Below are positions 47,261 to 56,438 of a stretch of DNA of 64,000 bases, piece by piece. The position numbers and the translations under genes are program-made. The notes beneath the pieces were generated by a model. It was not told the DNA's origin, did no database searches, and was given only the letters and a program-made list of their open reading frames with translations. This DNA is from a virus. Numbering within the stretch: position 1 is the stretch's first letter; each line of letters starts with the position of its first letter. The DNA lies in the IMG/VR virus record IMGVR_UViG_3300020419_001178, positions 81,742 through 145,741 of that record, one strand, 5' to 3'.

Positions 47261-48100
47261 ATGGCAACATACGCAAGTTATAAAAAAGTACCAGGTGACA
47301 GTATAGCAGACGGATCAATTACCGGCGATGATATCGCACACGGAAACGGTAATAATTACGGAGTACAATGGATCTACAATGAACGTGGATTACAATGTCA
47401 TCAATGTGCTAGACAATCAGGATGTTGTCAACAAGCAAATGGTAAGTGTTGTTACTGGTGTGTGCCAGATGGTGCTTCAACAGTAACGTTTGAAATATGG
47501 TCAGGCGGCGGTGGCGGCCCAGGTCATACTTGCTGTAATAACTGTTCATTTTCAATTGGTGGAGCAGGCGGAAATTACGCATCAAAAACAATAGCAACTA
47601 CACCAGGGTGTCAATATACAGTATGCGCCGGTGGAAGTTGGCCTTGCGGTAAAGCACATACTTGTGGAGCAAGTATGGGATGTCGTTCATATGTAAACGG
47701 CTATAACCTAAGTAACTTCTGTACAGAAGGAGCATGTGGTGGCTGGATGTGTAACGGAGATGCTTGGGGACCAAGACATACTCACTTTGCTTGTGAAAAC
47801 TGTAGAATTTGTGGTATGTTTGGAAACGATTTTGGTATGATGGGATCCACAGGTTGGAACGTAGGACACGGTGGTTGCCACTGTAACTATACATATTCCG
47901 GTTCAGGACAAACACCTTTAATTGGAAAAATGAACGTATCAGTAACCAACGTAGCCTGGTGTAACTGTGGTTGTCATATTGAATGGCCAGCTGGCGGTGG
48001 TATGCCAGGTGTTAGTTCATACTGTGATAATTGGGCTAAATGTTGTGCTGGTGGCTCTGGACAGGGCGGATCCGGGGTTGTTAGAATAACTTTTATGTAA
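47261..48100 (+). CDS. Cys/Gly-rich adhesin-like protein, paralogue 3 (~30 Cys)
   Basis: Colinear with paralogues 1 and 2. Confidence 0.6.
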   Translation: MATYASYKKVPGDSIADGSITGDDIAHGNGNNYGVQWIYNERGLQCHQCARQSGCCQQANGKCCYWCVPDGASTVTFEIWSGGGGGPGHTCCNNCSFSIGGAGGNYASKTIATTPGCQYTVCAGGSWPCGKAHTCGASMGCRSYVNGYNLSNFCTEGACGGWMCNGDAWGPRHTHFACENCRICGMFGNDFGMMGSTGWNVGHGGCHCNYTYSGSGQTPLIGKMNVSVTNVAWCNCGCHIEWPAGGGMPGVSSYCDNWAKCCAGGSGQGGSGVVRITFM

Positions 48101-48130
48101 AATGATAAATACTTGTAGGAGCAAAACGCA

Positions 48131-48922
48131 ATGAGAAGAATAGAAAAAACATTTACTTACCCTGTTTGGGACGCATGGAGATCAAACAGCTTTGCTAAAG
48201 GTTTAACTGGAACACATACTTATAAAGGTCCAGAATTTTTAACTTTAGAAGTAAACAGTGACAAAACTAGTGAAGATTATGGTAAAGAATCTGGCTGGTG
48301 TTTAACGCTTAAAACAGAATTTGAAAGACCTACTGGTGCTGATATTATGAGAGTCACCGTAGATTGTAAAGAAAATCCATTGCTTTGTGAAATTGCTAAC
48401 GACGAAGGACGTGAAGACTTAGTTGATATGCGTCGTGGTAGAAAATGGGAAGTACTTTGGGACGCTCCAGACGGTTACCCAGATGTAGAACATACTACTC
48501 AAGTAGAACCAAGAGATATCTATGATGAATGGAACATTACCTATGACATTGAGAACGATAAATGGAATATACCAGCACACGATTGGGAAGCAACAGGTGT
48601 TAATAAATCAATTACTTGGAACGATGTTAGAGACGTTAGAGATGCTCACTTACACGAAACTGACGCTAAGGTAGGACAAACAGATGCTCCTGCCGCATTA
48701 CAAAAAGAGTGGACAGATTACAGACAAAAATTAAGAGATCTTCCAGCTGTAATGACAGCAAAAGGTTATGAACCTTGGCAAGCGGTGATGATGTTTCCTT
48801 CATATCCTAAAGATATGCGTGATCCGGAAGCGTCTTCAGATCCAAACGATCCATACAGAGATGGTGCTTATTCCATTGATGTTGAAGTACACGCACTAAG
48901 AACAGCTGGTAAAAAAGGCTAA
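48131..48922 (+). CDS. Tail-fibre assembly chaperone-like protein
   Basis: VRDVRDAHLHETD...WTDYRQKLRDLP motif; late promoter at 48106. Confidence 0.75.
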   Translation: MRRIEKTFTYPVWDAWRSNSFAKGLTGTHTYKGPEFLTLEVNSDKTSEDYGKESGWCLTLKTEFERPTGADIMRVTVDCKENPLLCEIANDEGREDLVDMRRGRKWEVLWDAPDGYPDVEHTTQVEPRDIYDEWNITYDIENDKWNIPAHDWEATGVNKSITWNDVRDVRDAHLHETDAKVGQTDAPAALQKEWTDYRQKLRDLPAVMTAKGYEPWQAVMMFPSYPKDMRDPEASSDPNDPYRDGAYSIDVEVHALRTAGKKG

Positions 48923-48953
48923 CCACTTTTACTTTCAGTAACCACTAAAACTC

Positions 48954-48961
48954 TATAAATA
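48954..48961 (+). promoter_or_regulatory. T4-type late promoter TATAAATA heading the enzyme operon
   Basis: Exact consensus; GGAG SD at 48982 and TTG at 48992. Confidence 0.7.
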
Positions 48962-48991
48962 TTTCTGTACAAGGAAATATTGGAGTTTAAT

Positions 48992-50050
48992 TTGTCTCGA
49001 AAAAAAGCATATTTTATGAACGGTGGAGCAGGCCGTGTTATAGCGTCTATTCCTGCTTTTGAAAAGTTATACGAAAAAGATCAAGATTTTATCATTGTTT
49101 GTGAAGGAGGTATGGACTTTTATAAGGGGCATCCTAAATTACACGAACTAGCATACGATCATTGGCATAAAAATTTATTCAAAGATTATATTAAAGATAG
49201 AGATTGTATAACACCTGAACCTTATAGAGTTTGGGAATACTACAATCAAAAATGTAGCTTATCACAAGCGTTTGATATTGCTATCAATAACGAAGGTGTA
49301 AGAGATTTACCTGATCCGACTATCCATATGAACAAGCACGAACTTGTACAAGGATATAAAGTTGTGGAAGAGATTAAAGCAGTCACTGGTAAAGATAAAA
49401 TAGTAATATTCCAACCATTTGGCCGCACAGCTGAAAACATGGGAGACTTTGTAATTGATGGAACATCAAGAAGTTTTCATTTAAATGATGTTATTAAAAT
49501 ATGTAAAGACTTAAGAGACGATTATGCTGTAATTGTTATGAGTGAATTTCCAATTACTATAGAAGAAAATCCAAAAGTTCCAATAGCAGTACCACAAATT
49601 CCAGATGTAAGAGTTTGGTCAAGTGTTATCCAGATAGCAGATCATTTCTTAGGTTGTGATAGTTTAGGACAACACATGGCAAAAGCATTAGGAACTACGT
49701 GTACTAGTGTTATTGGAAGCACGTATCCTATTAATATTTCTTATCCTAATTCAGAAGATTTTGATATTATTGACTTAGGCGAAGGAAAAAGAAAATTTAG
49801 CCCAATAAGATTATCAATGGAAGATGAAATTGAAAGGTATAACGACGAAGTTATGGAGTTGACTGATGAAAGTTTTAAAAAAATTATATCAAGTGTGCGT
49901 AAACGTCTTGGTAAGCCTAGGGCTTATACGGGAACCTATAAACCGGACCAAGGACAAGGAGAAGTTTGCCCGACGCATGGGGTCGTTCACAATGATGGAG
50001 TAACACATGCTAAACCACAAGCACAGATCTTAGGGAGAACTGGACAATGA
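48992..50050 (+). CDS. GT9/heptosyltransferase-like GT-B glycosyltransferase (start reassigned to TTG 48992)
   Basis: GGAGRVIASIPA (cf. GD motif), IFQPFG, ADHFLGCDSLGQHMAKALG (cf. DSGxxHxAxA). Confidence 0.6.
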   Translation: MSRKKAYFMNGGAGRVIASIPAFEKLYEKDQDFIIVCEGGMDFYKGHPKLHELAYDHWHKNLFKDYIKDRDCITPEPYRVWEYYNQKCSLSQAFDIAINNEGVRDLPDPTIHMNKHELVQGYKVVEEIKAVTGKDKIVIFQPFGRTAENMGDFVIDGTSRSFHLNDVIKICKDLRDDYAVIVMSEFPITIEENPKVPIAVPQIPDVRVWSSVIQIADHFLGCDSLGQHMAKALGTTCTSVIGSTYPINISYPNSEDFDIIDLGEGKRKFSPIRLSMEDEIERYNDEVMELTDESFKKIISSVRKRLGKPRAYTGTYKPDQGQGEVCPTHGVVHNDGVTHAKPQAQILGRTGQ

Positions 50051-51870
50051 CACAGTGGATCGGAGCAATTACAAGAGGACATAATGGTGGAGCAGTTCTA
50101 CTAAAGGATGGACAGATTGTTTTTGCCATAGAAGAAGAAAGATTATCAAGAAAAAAATACGACGGCGGCCCTTTTGCCGCTATGCTAAAATTTAAAGAGT
50201 TTACTGACAAGTTAGATTATTTGGTTGTAGCACATACACAGCCATTAGAAGACTCTAGTAGAGTAGACTTTAGTGGAGGTGATATCTATACAGGACTAGC
50301 AAGAAAACTAGGACTAATTGACGGTAAAGATTCAGCTTATGATCAAAAGTCTCAGCATAGACAAGTAATAGATTTAAGTCATATTCACCACAAGTTACAT
50401 GCGGCCTGTTCTTTTTATAGATCAGGTTTTGATTCAGCAACAGCAGTAATTGTTGACGGAGCAGGTACTTTTATTCCAATGAACATAAATTCAGGAAATT
50501 TTAACGAAGAGTTTATGACATGGGAATGTGAAAGTTTGTTTTCTTGTGCCTATCCCGATGATTTTAAAACTTTATATAAACATCAAGGAGGAAACGGTCC
50601 TTATCCTGGTACATATATTACACAAATACCTAGTGATAGAGAAGGTGAAGAAGGATTTCATGAATTAGTATTAGATGACTCTGCTGGAATAACAAAAGCA
50701 TACGAAGCTGTTACACAATATTGTGGATTTCAACCTATAGAAGCTGGCAAGACAATGGGACTAGCTCCTTATGGAAAACCAAACAGTAAAATTCCAGCAC
50801 TTTATACAGATGGCTCAGGAGGAAAATGGAGAACAGCAGACAGAAATGTCATTATTCCAACTTATCCTAATGCGGCTTTAGTAAATGACGGGAAGTATGA
50901 ATACTTACATACATCTTTTGATTTACAAAACAGTAAAGTAGACCTTACTACATTAGAAAATAGAAGAGATCTTGCTTATGCTGTACAAGAACAATCACAA
51001 GAAGAGGTTTTAAAATTAATATTCAAAGCAGTAGAGATGACTGGTAATAAAAATGTTGTTTTAAGTGGAGGATATGCTTTGAATTGTGTGGCAAACTATT
51101 GGTATTTAGATAAACTTAATAAAGAAGGAATTAACCTGTATGTTGAACCTGTGTCTAGCGATGCTGGTACAGCCATAGGAGCCGCTTTATTATTATATCA
51201 TCAATTAACAAAAGATAAAACTGTTAGACCTCATACTGAAACTATATACGAAGGTTTTAAATATGAGTTGACACTCAATGAAATAGATAATATAGCTGAA
51301 AAATATGGAGCATCAGTAAGTGATGTTGATCATAAAAAAGTAGTTGAAACTATTAGAGACAGAAATATTGTTGCTTTATGGCAAGGGTGTTCTGAAAACG
51401 GACCAAGAGCTTTAGGTAATAGAAGTTTATTATTTGATCCAACAATTGAAGACGGCAAAGACCATGTAAACAAAGTAAAAAGAAGAGAATACTTTAGACC
51501 ATTTGCTGGTACAATTATGTTAGAGCATGCAGAAGAGTGGTTTGATATGCGAGGATTAGAACAATCACCTCATATGATGTATGCTATGAATTGTAAAGAA
51601 GGTGTAGCAGAAAAGATACCTTCCATAATTCATGTTGACGGAACTTGTAGAATACAGACTGTAACTAAGGAACAAAATGAACATTATTATAATATTATAA
51701 AAGAGTTTTATGACCAATCTGGTGTTCCTATTATTTTCAACACAAGTTTTAATTTAGGTGGAGAACCATTAGTTGAAACATTAGATGATGCTGTCAGAAC
51801 TTTATATAACAGTGAAATTGAATATCTTTATCTACCTGAATATGGAAAATTGGTAGAAATGAAGAACTAA
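50047..51870 (+). CDS. NodU/CmcH-family O-carbamoyltransferase
   Basis: EEERLSRKK, HHKLHA, VDGAG, GKTMGLAPYG, SGGYALNC, DAGTAIGA, GPRALGNRS, RPFA, HVDGTCRIQTV, NTSFN. Confidence 0.93.
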   Translation: MTQWIGAITRGHNGGAVLLKDGQIVFAIEEERLSRKKYDGGPFAAMLKFKEFTDKLDYLVVAHTQPLEDSSRVDFSGGDIYTGLARKLGLIDGKDSAYDQKSQHRQVIDLSHIHHKLHAACSFYRSGFDSATAVIVDGAGTFIPMNINSGNFNEEFMTWECESLFSCAYPDDFKTLYKHQGGNGPYPGTYITQIPSDREGEEGFHELVLDDSAGITKAYEAVTQYCGFQPIEAGKTMGLAPYGKPNSKIPALYTDGSGGKWRTADRNVIIPTYPNAALVNDGKYEYLHTSFDLQNSKVDLTTLENRRDLAYAVQEQSQEEVLKLIFKAVEMTGNKNVVLSGGYALNCVANYWYLDKLNKEGINLYVEPVSSDAGTAIGAALLLYHQLTKDKTVRPHTETIYEGFKYELTLNEIDNIAEKYGASVSDVDHKKVVETIRDRNIVALWQGCSENGPRALGNRSLLFDPTIEDGKDHVNKVKRREYFRPFAGTIMLEHAEEWFDMRGLEQSPHMMYAMNCKEGVAEKIPSIIHVDGTCRIQTVTKEQNEHYYNIIKEFYDQSGVPIIFNTSFNLGGEPLVETLDDAVRTLYNSEIEYLYLPEYGKLVEMKN

Positions 51871-52481
51871 TGTTCATAGATCTTTATTCTATTCCAGTTT
51901 TTTCACAGCCTTTATCAACACACGCCGAAGTCAAAGAAGACTTTTCATCAGTTATTAATGATGATTCTAATTTTAACAAGTACCCTAGTTGGTATTGTAA
52001 TGTTGATACTACATTTGGACTACCTGAGTCAAGTAAATTACCGTTCCATAATTTTATTAAAGGTGCTGTAAGCGGATTGAATAGTTATCTTGGCAAATTA
52101 GGAGTAGATTCTAATGTAGCATATGGAGTAGAATGTTGGCTCAATAGATACAGCAAGAATCAACATCAAGAATTACACAATCATGCTGGAGAGAGTGTTA
52201 TAAGTTGTGCTTACATGCTAAAACTTCCGCCTGACAGTGGCAGATTTGTTTTTTATCGTAACACTTATGATTTTTTCCATAATAGTACATTACCTGGTTT
52301 GTCTTCAGAGCCTTTTAGATACAACAATAGAGTAACTCCACCATTACGTGAAGGAGATATTGTATTTTTTCCTAGTGTGCTAGAGCATTATGTTACAGTT
52401 AATGAAAGTGATAATATAAGAGCTACTATAAGTGCTAACTTCGTCATAAAAGAGAGAAATAATGAAGAAAAATCAGATTAA
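51870..52481 (+). CDS. 2OG-Fe(II) oxygenase-like protein
   Basis: WLN...HNH...ISCAY...EGDIVFFPSVLEHYV...RATISANF. Confidence 0.8.
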   Translation: MFIDLYSIPVFSQPLSTHAEVKEDFSSVINDDSNFNKYPSWYCNVDTTFGLPESSKLPFHNFIKGAVSGLNSYLGKLGVDSNVAYGVECWLNRYSKNQHQELHNHAGESVISCAYMLKLPPDSGRFVFYRNTYDFFHNSTLPGLSSEPFRYNNRVTPPLREGDIVFFPSVLEHYVTVNESDNIRATISANFVIKERNNEEKSD

Positions 52482-53169
52482 CGAAGATGAAATTTTTGAA
52501 ATAAACTCCGACTATTCAGTTCATGTACAAAAATTAGGAAATAAAGAAACTATTGTACTTACTGTTGACGATTTTTATAAACATCCTATGGCTGTACGAC
52601 AACTTGCTTTAGATATACCAGCATCTTATAATAAAAGGATACGAGGAAACAATCCGGCATGGCGTATAAACGCATTTTATGTTCTAGATTCAATGTCTTG
52701 GATATTCGATCAGCTGTGTAGACAATATTATCACGATATAATGTCTCACTGGTCACCTAATATGATGATGGAAAGTTTTCAAAGGGCAACTTTTATGGTT
52801 AACGTAATGCAATCTGAAAATTTACCACCTGTTGCTCCGCATATGGACAATCCTAGTGGATTAAACTTTGCTAGTACCATTTATTTAAACACTGAAAACG
52901 AAAGTAATGGTGGAACTTCCTTTTATGAGTTTGCCGGAAACGAGTCTATTGACGATCCTGATCTATATAACTATTATGACAAGCAGAAAACTACTCCTAT
53001 TACAAAATATATTACGGAATCAATAGGAGATTGGAAAATGACTGGTATGGTTCCTATGAAATTTAATAGGATGGTCTTATATCCACAAAACATGTTACAT
53101 ACTGCTTATGTCAAGCAAGGAATGTTTTATGATAATTTATATAGACTTAACCAACAGTTTTTTATTTAG
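52462..53169 (+). CDS. DUF6445-like 2OG-Fe(II) oxygenase-fold protein
   Basis: VDDFYKHP, PHMD, IYLN...GGTSFY, FNRMVLY...LH, RLNQQFF. Confidence 0.7.
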   Translation: MKKNQINEDEIFEINSDYSVHVQKLGNKETIVLTVDDFYKHPMAVRQLALDIPASYNKRIRGNNPAWRINAFYVLDSMSWIFDQLCRQYYHDIMSHWSPNMMMESFQRATFMVNVMQSENLPPVAPHMDNPSGLNFASTIYLNTENESNGGTSFYEFAGNESIDDPDLYNYYDKQKTTPITKYITESIGDWKMTGMVPMKFNRMVLYPQNMLHTAYVKQGMFYDNLYRLNQQFFI

Positions 53170-53177
53170 GAGGTAAT

Positions 53178-53753
53178 ATGGAAGGCGACTTTAACGGAAT
53201 AGAAGAATACAAGCACGTATTCCCATTAGACTATTGTAAAAAATTAATAGAAACATTTGAGCAACGAGCTGAAATGCAGTTGACTGAACACCAAACCGGC
53301 TTTAAGAATCAAGATGAAAGAATATTTATGGACCTAGCTAACCATAATAATATGTTTCATGTAGACGCAGACTTATGTAAATTCTTTTATCAAACTATAA
53401 TGACTACATATGAAGAGAAATATAGATCAAAATACGATAGTCTTTCCGCGGTTGTACAACATTCTCCTAAAGGTATGAGCTTACAAAAGACTAGACCACA
53501 CCAAGGTTACCATGCTTGGCATTGTGAGAACGCAGATTTATGTACTTCTTCAAGAGTAATGGCATATACTTTATACCTAAATGCCGTAGAAGAAGGTGGT
53601 GAGACAGAATTTTTATATCAAGGTGTAAAAATTAAACCAGAGCCTGGCAAGTTGGCATTTTTTCCAGCATATTATACACACCCACATAGGGGAAATCCTA
53701 TATACAAAGGTGTAAAATACATAGTGTCCGGTTGGTATACTTTAGACGAATAG
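53178..53753 (+). CDS. Prolyl-4-hydroxylase-like 2OG-Fe(II) oxygenase
   Basis: GYHAWHCE, YLNAVEEGGETEF, FPAYYTHPHRG, KYIVSGW. Confidence 0.85.
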   Translation: MEGDFNGIEEYKHVFPLDYCKKLIETFEQRAEMQLTEHQTGFKNQDERIFMDLANHNNMFHVDADLCKFFYQTIMTTYEEKYRSKYDSLSAVVQHSPKGMSLQKTRPHQGYHAWHCENADLCTSSRVMAYTLYLNAVEEGGETEFLYQGVKIKPEPGKLAFFPAYYTHPHRGNPIYKGVKYIVSGWYTLDE

Positions 53754-53761
53754 GAGTTACA

Positions 53762-54127
53762 ATGAAATTATTAATAGCAATACTAGTTGTATTTACAGCA
53801 GTCGCAGTATTTACAGATACAAGAGCAAAAGCAGGAGAATGGAACGAAAAACCTGTGATGTGTGGAGAAGAAACAGAAGTTTTTGGACTTATGGGTTCAA
53901 AAGACGAACAATTATTAATGACAGGTGACCTATTAGCTAAAGTAAAAGATCCTGACGAAGCAAATGGTTTATCACCTGTACCTGCTATATTGCCTTTGGC
54001 TGTTTATGTAAACTTTGATACTGGTTCATTCACTATTGTAGAGCGTCATGGAGATCCTTATAATGTATATTGTATAATTGCTTTAGGACAAGGCATGAAA
54101 CTTCCTAATTATGGAGGAACTGAGTGA
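53762..54127 (+). CDS. Hypothetical protein with a signal peptide (start reassigned to ATG 53762)
   Basis: AGGAG SD; MKLLIAILVVFTAVAVF...AKA; two Cys. Confidence 0.6.
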   Translation: MKLLIAILVVFTAVAVFTDTRAKAGEWNEKPVMCGEETEVFGLMGSKDEQLLMTGDLLAKVKDPDEANGLSPVPAILPLAVYVNFDTGSFTIVERHGDPYNVYCIIALGQGMKLPNYGGTE

Positions 54128-55578
54128 AAATTTGCGTCGTAGGTGGTGGTACAGCTGGCTTTGTTGCCGCCCTTATACTTAAAAAAAGTTATCCAGATTA
54201 TATTGTAGATGTAATCAGAAGCACAAAGATCGGCACCATAGGTGTTGGTGAAGGAAGTACTGAACATTGGTCAGCCTTTATGGATTTTTGTGGAATACCT
54301 GTTGGAGAACTTATAAAAGAAACAGATGCTACTTTTAAATCAGGTATTATGTTCCAAAATTGGAGCGATAAAGATTTTTTACAAAGTGTACATGATCCTT
54401 TTGTAGGTGAACACATGGGATTACCTCTTATGTACGCAAAATTAATAGCAGACAAGGTACCTCCTAAAGATCTTGTAGGCTCGTATACGTGGAATAGCTA
54501 TACACCGTTTAACAAATACATGGAGGAAAGACCTAACGATACAGGAGTAAGTCAATATCATTTCAATACAAGTAAGTTAAATGACTTCTTGACTAACAAA
54601 GCACAGGATTTAGGATGTAAAGTTATAGATGATGAAATTGTTGATGTAGTTGTTGACGAAAAGGGAATTGATTACATAAAAGGCGTCAGTGAATATTACG
54701 ACTATGACTTTTATATTGATTGTACAGGATTTGCTAGACTTTTAATTGGCAAGCTAGGTGGAAAATGGCAAAGTTATTCTAAATATCTCAAAATGAAAGA
54801 AGCTATTGTATTTCCTACTGAGGAAGAAGACGAAATACCTATTTGGACTGTAGCAAGAGCAATGGACAGCGGCTGGATGTTTCGAATTCCTGTATGGGGA
54901 CGCAAAGGTAATGGATATATCTATGATAGCGACTTTATATCAGCAGATGAAGCTAAGATTGAAGCTGAAAAGATACTAGGACATGAAGTTTCAGTAGCAA
55001 AAAAATTAAAATTTGATCCAGGAGCAATAGACAAGCCGTGGATTAATAATGTATGTGCAATAGGATTGTCTGCTAGTTTCGTAGAGCCATTAGAAGCAAG
55101 TAGCATAGGTACTAGTATCAATCAAAGTTTCTTATTAGCTCAACGCATTGTAAATTATAATCAAGACACCATTGTGAGATACAACAAAGAAGTTGAAGCA
55201 ATAATGAATAACATTAGAGATTTTATTTGTTTACATTACATAACCAATAAGACACATACAGAATTTTGGAAACATTTACAAGAAGTAGACATACCTGATA
55301 GTTTAGCAGATAATTTAAACATGTGGAAAACAAGATTACCTATAGCAGATGACTTTACAGATCATACGAAAAAAATTATATTTAACGAATACAATTACAT
55401 TCTAGTTATGTACGGATTAGGTTTATTAGATACACAAGCAGTTAGAAAGCAATTCGAAAGTATTCCTATGGAGGCAAAACAGTTTGTTGAACAACAAATA
55501 CAAAGTAAATTACAAAATGATAGATTAAAATCAATTCCGCATAAGATGATGTTAGATCTTATTAGGAGATTGTCGTGA
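54124..55578 (+). CDS. Flavin-dependent (tryptophan-halogenase-family) halogenase
   Basis: VVGGGTAG, IGVGEGS, ATFKSGI (catalytic Lys), YHFN, IDCTGF, GWMFRIP, FVEPLEASS. Confidence 0.88.
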   Translation: MKICVVGGGTAGFVAALILKKSYPDYIVDVIRSTKIGTIGVGEGSTEHWSAFMDFCGIPVGELIKETDATFKSGIMFQNWSDKDFLQSVHDPFVGEHMGLPLMYAKLIADKVPPKDLVGSYTWNSYTPFNKYMEERPNDTGVSQYHFNTSKLNDFLTNKAQDLGCKVIDDEIVDVVVDEKGIDYIKGVSEYYDYDFYIDCTGFARLLIGKLGGKWQSYSKYLKMKEAIVFPTEEEDEIPIWTVARAMDSGWMFRIPVWGRKGNGYIYDSDFISADEAKIEAEKILGHEVSVAKKLKFDPGAIDKPWINNVCAIGLSASFVEPLEASSIGTSINQSFLLAQRIVNYNQDTIVRYNKEVEAIMNNIRDFICLHYITNKTHTEFWKHLQEVDIPDSLADNLNMWKTRLPIADDFTDHTKKIIFNEYNYILVMYGLGLLDTQAVRKQFESIPMEAKQFVEQQIQSKLQNDRLKSIPHKMMLDLIRRLS

Positions 55579-56438
55579 GAATATTTGCGTTTGGTTGTAG
55601 TTTAACGCAATATTTTTATCCTACTTGGGCTGATATACTAATTCATCAATATAGAAATAAAGGCTACGAAGGATCCAATTGGGCAAAAAGTGGAGCAGGT
55701 AACATGTATATTAACATGCGACTATGGGAAGCTAATACTATACACAAATTTAAAAAAGATGATGTAATATTGCTTCAATGGTCAAGTATGTACAGAGAAG
55801 ATAGATATCATATGGGTAGAGGTTGGTGGACCCCAGGAAACTTTAGTAGACAGACAATACAAGATGAACAAAGTTTTGTTTTAAATAATTATAGATATGA
55901 AAACACATGGGTGTGGGCAGATATTATGCACTGTACAATGCGAGACTGTGCTACAATTAGTGCTACACACAAAGCATTAGATACAATAGGATGTAAAGTC
56001 TATTCAACTTATTTTAGAGATCCTTTTGAGGGTTGGGAGGATGCTCCTAAACAATTTAATCAAACCAATCCTAAATTAGAATTAGAGGACGTTGGAGCAG
56101 TTTTAGAAACGTACAAAGAAGATATTGCTACAACCTGTCCACCAATACTTAACGCATTAAATTTTGGTGTGGAAGAAGATTTCTTTCGTACAAGACCTAA
56201 GAGTGTTCCTAGTCATAAAGAGCAACATCAGCACATGCTCACATATGAATTACATCCTTTGACACATGAAGCCGCAGATTATGTGGAAAAACATGTTGAG
56301 CCTTTGACTGACGAAACTAAAAAATTTGTAAACACCTGGAAAGATAAATTAACATCAACTGATCCTATTGTGCTAGAAGAATTACAATGGTATAATAAGG
56401 AAAAAATTGGTTGGTCAGATGATAGATGGAGACCATAA
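55575..56438 (+). CDS. SGNH-hydrolase-like hypothetical protein
   Basis: FGCSLT, GAGN, QWS, late HP motif. Confidence 0.5.
   Translation: MRIFAFGCSLTQYFYPTWADILIHQYRNKGYEGSNWAKSGAGNMYINMRLWEANTIHKFKKDDVILLQWSSMYREDRYHMGRGWWTPGNFSRQTIQDEQSFVLNNYRYENTWVWADIMHCTMRDCATISATHKALDTIGCKVYSTYFRDPFEGWEDAPKQFNQTNPKLELEDVGAVLETYKEDIATTCPPILNALNFGVEEDFFRTRPKSVPSHKEQHQHMLTYELHPLTHEAADYVEKHVEPLTDETKKFVNTWKDKLTSTDPIVLEELQWYNKEKIGWSDDRWRP

Noticed and set aside
45563-48100. Diversity-generating retroelement acting on the adhesin paralogues
   Set aside because: No reverse transcriptase in the window, and differences between copies are not adenine-specific
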